A stretch of 64,000 nt of DNA from a bacterium (GTDB lineage: Bacteria > JAJVIF01): contig JAJVIF010000001.1 of NCBI GenBank assembly GCA_022072165.1, positions 273,353-337,352 on the forward strand, given 5' to 3'. The translations under genes and the position numbers were made by a program. Position 1 is the stretch's first letter. Each line of letters begins with the position of its first letter. Below are positions 17,871 through 26,995 of the stretch, one piece after another. Below the pieces are notes generated by a model that saw only the letters and a program-made list of their open reading frames with translations, ran no database searches and was not told the origin of the DNA.

Positions 17871-18776
17871 ATGCCGGCTGCCCGTACGGTGGAGTACATC
17901 GGAGTCCCGTTTGATTGGGGGGCTTCGAAGCGGGGGTGTCGCCTCGCGCCGGATGCGCTGCGTGCCCTCGACCTGCACACACGCCTGCGTGCTGGTGGTC
18001 AGGAGGTCCTGGAAGGTGGAAACATCGCGCTTCCCCGCCACACCCCTGCCCATGTTTCCACCGGCAAGCTCAATCATCTCCCGCTGGTTGAAGCGATGGC
18101 GCTGGCCCTCGCGGAACGGGTAGAGAACGCCCTGGTGCTCGACCGGTTTCCCCTCATCATGGGTGGCGATCACAGCATTGCCCTGGGAAGTCTGGCCGGG
18201 GCGTCCCGGGTGATCTCGCCCCTCGGAGTCCTCTGGATCGATGCCCACGGCGATTTCAATGACGACCTCACCTCGCCGAGTGGCAACATCCACGGGATGC
18301 CCCTCTCTTCCCTGGTGGGGATGGGCCCCGACATTCTGAATGTCCTCGCAGGACCCTCCCCCAAGATTCAACCCGAGCATGTCGCACTCTTTGGAGTCCG
18401 GGATCTGGATGTCGCCGAAGCCCCAAAGCTGGCTGCCAGCGGAGTCCGGGTCTTTCCGATGACCGCCATCCGCAAGCGGGGGTTCGATGTTGCCCTCGCT
18501 GAAGCGCTGGAAGTGGTGACCACTGGCACCGCAGGCTTCGCCTGCAGCTTCGATATCGATGGCCTGGAACCGGAAGAGATGCCGGGGACAGGGACCCGAT
18601 CACCAGAGGGGCTCAGCCTCGCCGAAGGGCAACAACTGCTTCAGGCAGCAGCTGCTACCGGACAACTGTGCGCATTGGAATGCACGGAACTCAATCCCTT
18701 GCTGGACCAGGAAGGGATTACCTGCCGTCGGACGCTGGAACTGCTGCTCGCCGCCTTCCCCGACGCTTCCGCTTGA
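17871..18776 (+). CDS. rocF: Arginase
   Basis: GGDHS, DAHGD, SPSGNIHGMP, SFDIDG and ELNP Mn-binding motifs. Confidence 0.93.
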   Translation: MPAARTVEYIGVPFDWGASKRGCRLAPDALRALDLHTRLRAGGQEVLEGGNIALPRHTPAHVSTGKLNHLPLVEAMALALAERVENALVLDRFPLIMGGDHSIALGSLAGASRVISPLGVLWIDAHGDFNDDLTSPSGNIHGMPLSSLVGMGPDILNVLAGPSPKIQPEHVALFGVRDLDVAEAPKLAASGVRVFPMTAIRKRGFDVALAEALEVVTTGTAGFACSFDIDGLEPEEMPGTGTRSPEGLSLAEGQQLLQAAAATGQLCALECTELNPLLDQEGITCRRTLELLLAAFPDASA

Positions 18777-18778
18777 AG

Positions 18779-20086
18779 CTAGACCGCCGGACCGAATCCG
18801 GCGGCTTCCAGGTCCGCCACCACCGCCAGCGCTGACCGCTCGGGGTGGAAATACGTCTGGGCCGCCCGCTGAATGTCATCCTTGGTCACGGACGTAATGG
18901 CTTCGATGTGATCGCGGAAGTGGGTGAGGGGGAGTCCGTAGCGGGCGATCGATAGCAGCTGCCCCGCCATCGCTCCATTGGTCTCGATAGTGAGGGGGAA
19001 CCGGTCGCGGAAGAAGCTCCGGGCGTCATCCAGTTCCAGGTCTGTGACCTGTTCCTCCTGGAGCTTCGTCATCTCGCCACGGACTCCGGCCAGCGCCTGC
19101 TGCGCGGTGCTGTTCGACGTCTGTAGCACGACTGAGAAGACCCCGACATGCTCAAATGGTGAGTACCGGCTGGCGACCTGATACGCCAGCCCCTGGTTGT
19201 CCCGGACTTCCACACCAATCCGGCTGGAGAGACTGGAGGCCCCGTAGATGTAGTTCAGCATAAGGAATGGGTAATAGTCCGCATGTCCCCGCGGGATCGA
19301 CATCCAGCCCAATCGGAGATTGGCCTGCTGGATGGGCCGGTGCACCAGTACCTGCCGCGACTCAGTCATCGCTGGTGGCAGCGTCGGTGCTGGCGGCTCG
19401 ACCTGAGGACCCTCCCAGCTACCGAAGTGCGACTCGATCAGCCCCAGCGTTGCGGCAGGATCAAACGCCCCAGCCAGCGCGATGATGGCGTCGCGAGCAC
19501 CGTAGTGACGTGTATGAAACGCCGCCACGGCTTCCCGGGAAAGGAGCGGGACCGACTCCAGCGTCCCCTCGACATGCCACCCATAAGGTGAGCCGGCGGC
19601 CACCTGCTCCACAAAGACCCGCTCACACAGGTCGCCGGGGCGCTCGAGCTCGGAACGAATCCCGCCCTCGACCTGCTTCTTGCCGCGGGCCACTTCCTCT
19701 TCGGGAAACTGCGAGTGCTGGAGCGTATCCCCCAGGATTTCCAGCGCCAGCGGCAGATGCTCGCTCAGGAACTGCATCCCGCCCGAGCTCCCCTCAGAGC
19801 CGGCGGAAAAGTGATACGAGCCACCAACGAAATCAATCGCCTCGTCGAGGGCTTCTTTGCTGCGAGCTGGTGTGCCGTCACCGATGCCCCGGGCGGTCAG
19901 GTGCGCCAGTCCCATGAGCGGTTCGGGGTCAAGGATGCCGCCGGCGCGAAGCCAGCAGCCGATGGCGACACTGGGGACCTGCGGTCGGGGCAGGAGTAGC
20001 ACCCGCAGTCCGTTGGGCAGCGTGTGATCCTGGATGTCCTGGATGAAAGCGAATCGCGATTCCGGAGAGGTGAGTGTGGTCGACAT
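18779..20086 (-). CDS. M16B peptidase, non-catalytic subunit
   Basis: M16 fold lacking HxxEH (GLAHLTARG); retains SRI...VRDNQGLAY (R/Y). Confidence 0.9.
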   Translation of the reverse strand: MSTTLTSPESRFAFIQDIQDHTLPNGLRVLLLPRPQVPSVAIGCWLRAGGILDPEPLMGLAHLTARGIGDGTPARSKEALDEAIDFVGGSYHFSAGSEGSSGGMQFLSEHLPLALEILGDTLQHSQFPEEEVARGKKQVEGGIRSELERPGDLCERVFVEQVAAGSPYGWHVEGTLESVPLLSREAVAAFHTRHYGARDAIIALAGAFDPAATLGLIESHFGSWEGPQVEPPAPTLPPAMTESRQVLVHRPIQQANLRLGWMSIPRGHADYYPFLMLNYIYGASSLSSRIGVEVRDNQGLAYQVASRYSPFEHVGVFSVVLQTSNSTAQQALAGVRGEMTKLQEEQVTDLELDDARSFFRDRFPLTIETNGAMAGQLLSIARYGLPLTHFRDHIEAITSVTKDDIQRAAQTYFHPERSALAVVADLEAAGFGPAV

Positions 20087-20094
20087 AGCGCTGG

Positions 20095-21396
20095 TTACAC
20101 CTCCGCCAGGGCAGGAGTAGATGCATTGACACCGGGCATCGCACTGGCATCGAGGAGCGTGGCGATCGTGCAGTTGGTCGGGACCAGATAGGTCTTTGCG
20201 ACCCGCTGACAATCCTCTGGAGTCACTGCCTTCAGCCGTTCGAGGTAATCGAAGTAGAGCCCCAGGTCGGCAGTGATCGCACTCAGCGCGATCTCCCGGG
20301 CCTGTTGGGCAACCCCCTCCCGACCATATACCTCATCGGCCACCATCTGATTCAGCGCCTTCTGGAACTCCCGCGCCGGGATCCCCTCCTGCTGCACCCG
20401 GGCCACCTCCGCCAGTAAGCCCTCTTCCAGCTGCTCCGCGGTATGACCTGGGGCGCATTTACCGTAGAACAGGAACCACCGGGGATCGATAGAGTCGGCA
20501 TCATAGAAGCCGCCTGCGAACAGGGCGAGCTGCTGTTCGTACACCAGCGACTTGTGCAGCCGCGAGGACTCCCCATCGCTAAGGATGCGCTCCAGCACCA
20601 TGAGCGGGAAGCCATCCGGATGCGCCCAGGTCGGTACATGGTAGGAACAGAGGACCATCGGCAATTCGACATGCTCTTTGTACACCGTCGTCCGTCGTAG
20701 CCCCTTTTGTGGCGGCTCGACGGTTCGCAAGACTGGCGGCTCCGGACCCGCCAGGATCAACTCAAAGCGCTCCCGGATCATCGCCAGCGCCGCTGCCGGA
20801 TCGACATCTCCCACCAGAACTGCCATCGCGTTGTTGGGCGAGTAGAAAGTTCGGTAGTACTCATAAGCCTCATCCCGGGTCACGGTAGAAATATCAGAGG
20901 CCCAGCCAACCACCGGATGCCTGTACGGATGCGCCCAGAAGGCGGTCGCCGCCATCGCTTCAAACAAGGTCCCGAACGGTTGATCATCGGTCCGCAGTTT
21001 TCGTTCCTCATTGACGACAGTGCGCTCGCTGAGGAACTCCGACGGGTCAAACAGCGCTCCCCCCATTCGATCCGCTTCCAGCTCGAGCGCCAGAGGGAGT
21101 TTGTCGATTGCCATATGCTCGTAGTACGCCGTCACGTCCGGGGTCGTGAACGCGTTGAAATTCCCGCCATGTCGCTGAACGGTCCTGGAGTACTCCCCCT
21201 TGCCGACCTGCGCGGTCCCTTTGAACATCATATGTTCGCACAGGTGCGACAGCCCGGTCTGGTTGGGACCTTCGTTTCTGGCACCGACGCGGTACCAGAC
21301 CTGGAACGAAAATACCGGGGATTTGTGGTCCGGCAGGATGATGACCCGCATGCCGTTGGCAAGGGTGGTGTCGAGCAGCGTCGGGGGAATAGCCAT
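20095..21396 (-). CDS. M16B zinc peptidase, catalytic subunit
   Basis: GLSHLCEHMMFKGT (HxxEH), NAFT, ER..V.EER and YSPNNA. Confidence 0.95.
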   Translation of the reverse strand: MAIPPTLLDTTLANGMRVIILPDHKSPVFSFQVWYRVGARNEGPNQTGLSHLCEHMMFKGTAQVGKGEYSRTVQRHGGNFNAFTTPDVTAYYEHMAIDKLPLALELEADRMGGALFDPSEFLSERTVVNEERKLRTDDQPFGTLFEAMAATAFWAHPYRHPVVGWASDISTVTRDEAYEYYRTFYSPNNAMAVLVGDVDPAAALAMIRERFELILAGPEPPVLRTVEPPQKGLRRTTVYKEHVELPMVLCSYHVPTWAHPDGFPLMVLERILSDGESSRLHKSLVYEQQLALFAGGFYDADSIDPRWFLFYGKCAPGHTAEQLEEGLLAEVARVQQEGIPAREFQKALNQMVADEVYGREGVAQQAREIALSAITADLGLYFDYLERLKAVTPEDCQRVAKTYLVPTNCTIATLLDASAMPGVNASTPALAEV

Positions 21397-21444
21397 ATCC
21401 GCATTAGACCACGAACCATCCCGCTGAGGAACACCTGCGGCTTC

Positions 21445-21476
21445 AACAAGACGGGGCACCCCGCAGGATGCCCCGT
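21445..21476 (-). terminator. Hairpin terminator after the Cys-rich protein
   Basis: acggggcatcc-tgcg-gggtgccccgt followed by cttgtt on the minus strand. Confidence 0.65.
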
Positions 21477-21502
21477 GCCCCTGTTCTCCTGTTGCGCGGC
21501 GA

Positions 21503-22279
21503 TTACTCCGCCTGCGCCAGATTTGGGCTGTCAGACTGTACTTCGCTGAAGAATGCTTTCAGTGTCTCCAGCGTCGTGGTGGGGTCCGCCTCGAACCCCT
21601 TCACGCACCCCGCGCAGCAGAACTTCACGAGGAAGTTGTCCTTGATAATTTCCACAGGTTCGCCCATACCGCCAAGCTCCTCACCAGTGGTGGGGCAGGC
21701 CGTAAGGGGATAGAGCGCACCCTGCTGCTCTTTGATCATCACATCCAGGTTAGTCAGGAACCGCGCCGGATCCGCCACGAACCGCTTTTCACAGCCGGGG
21801 CAGCAGAGCACGATCAGGCGGCCTTCATGGGTGAAGGTATGCAGCTTGGGGCTGGCGGGATCCAGGGTTTCGCCGGTGACGCAGCAGGTGTTCACCGGGA
21901 AGTAGCCAGCGGCGGTCATGATGCCAACCTTGGGCCAGCTCGCGGGGCGGACATCGATGATCTCCTCACCCTCGTCGTCGCAGGGGGCCAGATTCATGCC
22001 GGCGACTTGCACTTCCTTGTCGCCTTTGTTCTTGCAGCATTCCTTGGCTTCGCCGCTATCTGCGGTCTTGACCGCATTGGCATCAGTCGAACAGGACTCC
22101 TTCGCTTCGGCGGAGCAACAGGCATCGCCGTCTTGCTTGGCTTCTTTGGCTTCCGCCGAGCAGCAGGCATCCCCGGACTTGGAGTCGGGATCCCCGGCAT
22201 AGGCGACATCAAGCGCTGCTGCTCCCAGGAAGAGCAGGGCGGACATGCCCAGCACCTGGAGCGATCGCATCGAGAACAT
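21503..22279 (-). CDS. Exported Cys-rich protein with two YHS/TRASH-like domains
   Basis: SD GGAGGT; signal peptide ending AYA; two repeats of P..TC..TGE.L...CC.GC...F.ADP; 17 Cys. Confidence 0.75.
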   Translation of the reverse strand: MFSMRSLQVLGMSALLFLGAAALDVAYAGDPDSKSGDACCSAEAKEAKQDGDACCSAEAKESCSTDANAVKTADSGEAKECCKNKGDKEVQVAGMNLAPCDDEGEEIIDVRPASWPKVGIMTAAGYFPVNTCCVTGETLDPASPKLHTFTHEGRLIVLCCPGCEKRFVADPARFLTNLDVMIKEQQGALYPLTACPTTGEELGGMGEPVEIIKDNFLVKFCCAGCVKGFEADPTTTLETLKAFFSEVQSDSPNLAQAE

Positions 22280-22415
22280 GGATGAACTGACCTCCGTCGA
22301 GTCGTTTGTAGTCGGCACCCGGCCGCTCCTGACTATACCGACTTTTCCCGCTGGAGACCCACATTTCTGGGCGGATTTCCCACGTAGAGCGTGACGCCGG
22401 GTACACTTCCGCGCC

Positions 22416-23552
22416 ATGTCACACGCGCCCGCGACCCTGCAGGTTCCCTTCATCGATCTGGCCCGCCAGCATGCGGAGCAGCAGGAAGCCCTCGAACAGG
22501 CCCTGCTGACCACCTTCCGCAAAGGCGCATACTGCAACGGGCCGACCGTGCAGGCCTTCGAGCGGGCGTGTCAGACGTATCTCGCCCCGGACGGCGGACT
22601 GACAGCGCTGGCCTGCGCCTCAGGCACGGATGCGCTGGTCCTTGCCCTGCAGGCGTTGGGGGCGGGTCCCGGCACCAAAGTCATCACACCGACCTTCTCG
22701 TTCTTCGCATCGGCGTCGGCGATCAGTCTCAATGGTGCGACGCCGGTCTTCGCCGACATCGACCCGACCACGTACTGCCTCAGCCGCGAGACCCTCGAAG
22801 CCGCCTGGCAGTCCGGCGTAGTGGGCATCATCGTGGTCCACCTCTATGGCCATCCCGCGCCCCTCGATGAGATCCTGGCCTTCGCAAACGAAAAGGGCAT
22901 CTGGGTCCTGGAAGACACGGCGCAGTCCTTTGGTGCCCGGTACCGGGGGCAGGCCGTGGGGACCCTGGGTCGCGCCGGGGCGGTCAGCTTCTATCCCACC
23001 AAGAATCTGAACGCCTGCGGCGATGCCGGGCTGATGACCACCACCGATCCCGCCCTCGCCGAGACCCTGCGCCTCCTTCGGGCGCACGGTGAGCAGCCCC
23101 GCTACACTCATACAATTCTTGGGCGGAACAGCAGGATGGACGATCTGCAAGCGGCCGTCCTCGCGGTCAAGCTGGAGCGCCTCGACCACTGGAATGCCCA
23201 GCGTCGTGACATCGCCGCGACCTTCTCCGCTGCCTTCGCAGACCTGCCGCTGGTGACACCCCCGGGTCCGGCGGAGGGCATCGAGCCCATCTTTCACCAG
23301 TACACCATCGCAACGCAGCAGCGGGATGCCCTGCGTCAGCATCTCACCGACCTCGGCATCGGTTGTGGTGTCTATTACCCGGTGCCGATGCATATGCAGC
23401 CCCTCTATGCCGGATCAGGCGTGGCTCCAGAGAGCCTGCACAACGCCCACCGACTCGCGCAGGAAGTCCTGTCACTGCCGATCTTCCCGCAGCTGACCCC
23501 GGCGGAGATCGAGGCGGTGATTGCCGGGGTCCGGAGTTTCTACGGCAGCTAA
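22416..23552 (+). CDS. DegT/DnrJ/EryC1/StrS sugar aminotransferase
   Basis: SGTDAL, VHLYG, EDTAQSFGA, SFYPTKNL, NSRMDDLQAA and LSLP. Confidence 0.95.
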   Translation: MSHAPATLQVPFIDLARQHAEQQEALEQALLTTFRKGAYCNGPTVQAFERACQTYLAPDGGLTALACASGTDALVLALQALGAGPGTKVITPTFSFFASASAISLNGATPVFADIDPTTYCLSRETLEAAWQSGVVGIIVVHLYGHPAPLDEILAFANEKGIWVLEDTAQSFGARYRGQAVGTLGRAGAVSFYPTKNLNACGDAGLMTTTDPALAETLRLLRAHGEQPRYTHTILGRNSRMDDLQAAVLAVKLERLDHWNAQRRDIAATFSAAFADLPLVTPPGPAEGIEPIFHQYTIATQQRDALRQHLTDLGIGCGVYYPVPMHMQPLYAGSGVAPESLHNAHRLAQEVLSLPIFPQLTPAEIEAVIAGVRSFYGS

Positions 23553-23618
23553 CGCTATCTGTCGTTCGGCCTCGTATACTGTGCTTGTGCTTGAGTCCGG
23601 CGAAAGCGGCGACTGACC

Positions 23619-24023
23619 ATGCAGCAAGCCCCCGGCCTGACCCTGGTCGCCCTCTTCCTGTGGCTCATCCCCCTCCTCACGTTGCCGCATGAATGGCGCT
23701 TCCTGCGCAACACCCCCGGCATTCCAGTGTCGCAGTGGGTGCTGTCAGTGAGCGTCTTTGTCCTGTTCGCGGTCATGGATTTCATGTTGCTGTTTCATCC
23801 CCTGTTTAACATCATCGAACTCACATCCGTCGTCATGGGCTGCCTGATCCTGATGATCCTCTGCAGCCTCTTGCTGATGACGGGACGCTTGCGGCTCTTC
23901 ACCCGGCTTCAGGCAGAACGTCGCGCAGAGCGACGTGAGGTGCTCGAAGGCATTCGTGACCTCATTGATGAGCGCAAACGCGAAAAAATCAGGGCGCGCT
24001 ATGGAGAGGATTCGCCCGCCTGA
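23619..24023 (+). CDS. Hypothetical three-TM membrane protein
   Basis: Three hydrophobic segments and a charged C-terminal helix; TATACT -10 at 23575. Confidence 0.65.
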   Translation: MQQAPGLTLVALFLWLIPLLTLPHEWRFLRNTPGIPVSQWVLSVSVFVLFAVMDFMLLFHPLFNIIELTSVVMGCLILMILCSLLLMTGRLRLFTRLQAERRAERREVLEGIRDLIDERKREKIRARYGEDSPA

Positions 24024-24082
24024 GGTCCAGTGCCCGCCGAACTATTCCGCAGCCGGAGTCATCAGACTGACCAGGGAGCCCG

Positions 24083-25030
24083 ATGTCCACGCAGACCGCC
24101 AGCCCACTGACAGCTCAGGGAGGACCGTCGATGGCGGGGCGTGTGGTGCTGGAGGAAGGGTTCCTCGCCCGGCTGGAGCGCCTGCATTATCTGACACGGC
24201 TCATGGTGGTGGGAGGGATGCGGGGCGAAAAGAAATCCCGACGTCATGGGTCCAGCATCGAGTTCGCGGACTACCGGGCGTACAGCCGTGGCGACGATCT
24301 GCGGCGGGTGGACTGGAAAGTCTTCGCCCGGACCGATCGCTTCTACACCAAGCTGTTCCACGAAGAAGAGGACCTGACGGTCCATCTGCTGATTGATGCG
24401 TCGGCCAGCATGGCCTACGGGAAACCACAGAAGTTCATGGTGGCGCAGCAGGTCGCGGCCGCGATGGGTTACATCGCAATGGCCAATCTGGAGCGCACCC
24501 GTTTCCGGGTCTTCGGTGACCGGCTCTATGCCAACGATACCGGGTACCTGCGGAGCAAAGGGTCGGTGCACAAAGCCTTCCGTTTCCTGGAGGACCTGGA
24601 GCCGCAGCGGGAAGCCCGTACGGACTTCCGCAAGAGTTTCGAAACGTTCGCTGGACAGACAAAGGGCCAGGGGCTGGTGATCATCCTCTCCGACTTCCTC
24701 GCAGAGGAAGGTCTTGTCGAGGGGCTCAAGCGCATCCTCTACGCTGGTCACCAGATTGTCTGTGTCCAGTTGCTGGATCAGCAGGAGATGGAGCCCGACC
24801 TCCGGGGCGAACTGGAACTGCGGGATGCGGAAGAGGGGACCCTCCGGGAGGTCACGATCTCTCCCCGCCTCCTCCGGATGTATCGCGCCTACCGGGATGC
24901 CTACCTGCAGCAGTTCGAAACCACCTGTCGTCGGCTGGGAATGAGCTACATCCGGGCCCTCACCAGCGAGCCGATGGAAGAGATCGTGTTGCAGGGGCTG
25001 CGTCAAACCCGTCTGGTGGGCCGCGGATGA
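24083..25030 (+). CDS. DUF58 (VWA-like, MoxR-associated) protein
   Basis: GSSIEFADYRAYSRGDDLRRVDWK, DASASM and ILSDF. Confidence 0.93.
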   Translation: MSTQTASPLTAQGGPSMAGRVVLEEGFLARLERLHYLTRLMVVGGMRGEKKSRRHGSSIEFADYRAYSRGDDLRRVDWKVFARTDRFYTKLFHEEEDLTVHLLIDASASMAYGKPQKFMVAQQVAAAMGYIAMANLERTRFRVFGDRLYANDTGYLRSKGSVHKAFRFLEDLEPQREARTDFRKSFETFAGQTKGQGLVIILSDFLAEEGLVEGLKRILYAGHQIVCVQLLDQQEMEPDLRGELELRDAEEGTLREVTISPRLLRMYRAYRDAYLQQFETTCRRLGMSYIRALTSEPMEEIVLQGLRQTRLVGRG

Positions 25031-26949
25031 GCTTTCTGAATCCCCTGGGAGCCCTGTTTCTGGCGACCCTGCCCGTCATCCTCGGGCTCTACATCCTGCG
25101 CCTCAAACGACGTCAGGTGACGGTCTCGACGAATCTCTTCTGGCGTCAGGTGCTGGAAGATGTTGAGGCAAACACCCCCTTCCAGCGTCTCCGGTACTCG
25201 CACCTGCTGTTGCTGCAGCTGCTGATCGCCTTACTGTTCGTCCTGGCGCTGATGAATCCGGCGATTACCTACTCGTCTACCCGGGGGCTCGACACCATCT
25301 TCGTGGTCGATACCACCGCCAGCATGGGTGCCATCGAACAGGGCAGCAGTCGGCTGGCGACCGTCCAGAATCAACTCCAGCAACTCATCGGGGACAAAGA
25401 TCGTCACGACCGCATCGCCATCATCGCTGCAGGTCGCTCACCACAGTTGCTGACATCGCTGACCGCCGATACCGCCATCCTGCGGGGTGCGGTAGAGCAG
25501 CTCACAGTTGAGCCGGTGAGCGGAAATCTGTCGACTGCAGCAGACCTGGTACTGCAAGTGGTCCAGGAAGCCCGACAACGGGATGCCAAGCCAGGCGCAG
25601 CACTTCCGGCGCTGGTGGAATCTGATGGTCCGCTGGCTCAGGCGATCCTCTTCACCGATGATCCGGTCGGTTTTGGGGCACCACCGGAGACTGAGTTGCC
25701 CCTCCGCTGGGCGGTCCAGCCCCTGGGCTTTGCGAACACAGTTAATGCTGCTCTGCTCGCGGCGTCGTTTACTAACCCGGACCCCGCCACCAGCACGATG
25801 ACTCTGTTTCTCACGACGGCGCTGGTGGGACCAGAGCCCGTAGAGGCCGAACTTCGTGTGACTCGCGAGGACACCCTGCTCGATTTGCGGACCCTGACTT
25901 TGCAGCCGGGCACGGAAGAGAGTCATCTGTTTGATGGGGTGCCGATGGAACCTGGTCGTTTTCAGCTGGAACTCAAAGCGACCCGGGTGGCAGCCTCTCG
26001 GGAGCCCGTCACAGATGCGCTGGAGGCCGATAACACCGCCTGGATGGTGTACGAGCCCCAGTCCCGGTTCCGGATACTGGTCCTGTCATCGAACGGCATC
26101 TACGGACTCCTGCTGGGCCAGCTGCCGGATGTCCAGGTCTTCCAGCGGAGTCTCAGTGGTGGTGTGCCAGAAGGCGTCTTCGACCTGATCCTGGTTGATG
26201 GCGACCTCCCCCTCAATGCACCCCCCGGGAACTATCTCGTCGTCCATAGCAACAATCATGATCTCCTGCCCGTCAGTGTCACCGGCGAACGTGAACGTCC
26301 GGTGATCAGCGACTGGAAAGCAACCGACCCCCTGTTGCGCTTCGTGAATCCGCAGACTTTCCGCATCAGTAAGATGATGGCTGCTGAGCCCCGCGAGTGG
26401 GGGCGGGTGGTCCTCGATACGAACCAGGGACCGGCGATTGTGTATGGCGAACAGGGACAGCAGCGGGTGGTGTACTGGGCATTCGATCCCTTCGCCACGG
26501 ATCTTCCCTTCAAGGCTACCTTCCCGATTCTCCTCTCGTCGCATGTCGACTACTTCAGAAGCCGTCGTGGGGAGCAGACCCTCTCCACTGCGGACCTGAT
26601 GCATTTCAGTACGCCTGCCGCGCAGGTACAGGTGAGTCGCCCTGATGGCAGCAGCGACACCATCTCGACCCAGGCGGGCGAGGAACTCGGGCTGGTCGCA
26701 GAGCAGCTCGGGTTCTGGAAACTCACCGCGCAGACCAGCAAGGGTACCTGGTCCCGGGAATACGGAGTCAGTCTCTTCGCGCCATCGGAGTCGATGCTCC
26801 CGGCCGGGGAGTACTACTCCGGCGACACCGGCCTGGCGACTTTCGACCAGGCGCGCCGTGGTACCCATCCGCAGTGGCGCTGGCTCGCCCTGGCAGTACT
26901 CATATTTCTGCTCGCGGAGTGGTGGATCTACCACCAGCGCATTTTCTGA
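25027..26949 (+). CDS. BatA-N plus VWA domain membrane protein
   Basis: MSFLNP...LPVILGLYIL (BatA N-terminus), DTTASM, FTD, ADN and C-terminal WRWLALAVLIFLLAEW. Confidence 0.88.
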   Translation: MSFLNPLGALFLATLPVILGLYILRLKRRQVTVSTNLFWRQVLEDVEANTPFQRLRYSHLLLLQLLIALLFVLALMNPAITYSSTRGLDTIFVVDTTASMGAIEQGSSRLATVQNQLQQLIGDKDRHDRIAIIAAGRSPQLLTSLTADTAILRGAVEQLTVEPVSGNLSTAADLVLQVVQEARQRDAKPGAALPALVESDGPLAQAILFTDDPVGFGAPPETELPLRWAVQPLGFANTVNAALLAASFTNPDPATSTMTLFLTTALVGPEPVEAELRVTREDTLLDLRTLTLQPGTEESHLFDGVPMEPGRFQLELKATRVAASREPVTDALEADNTAWMVYEPQSRFRILVLSSNGIYGLLLGQLPDVQVFQRSLSGGVPEGVFDLILVDGDLPLNAPPGNYLVVHSNNHDLLPVSVTGERERPVISDWKATDPLLRFVNPQTFRISKMMAAEPREWGRVVLDTNQGPAIVYGEQGQQRVVYWAFDPFATDLPFKATFPILLSSHVDYFRSRRGEQTLSTADLMHFSTPAAQVQVSRPDGSSDTISTQAGEELGLVAEQLGFWKLTAQTSKGTWSREYGVSLFAPSESMLPAGEYYSGDTGLATFDQARRGTHPQWRWLALAVLIFLLAEWWIYHQRIF

Positions 26950-26995
26950 GCCTGGCAGGTACAGGCGCGATCCCTGACAAAGGAGGGGAGTCCGG

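Noticed and set aside
18779-20086. M16 gene lacking HxxEH as a pseudogene
   Set aside because: Normal non-catalytic partner of a heterodimeric M16B pair; intact ORF with the R/Y motif
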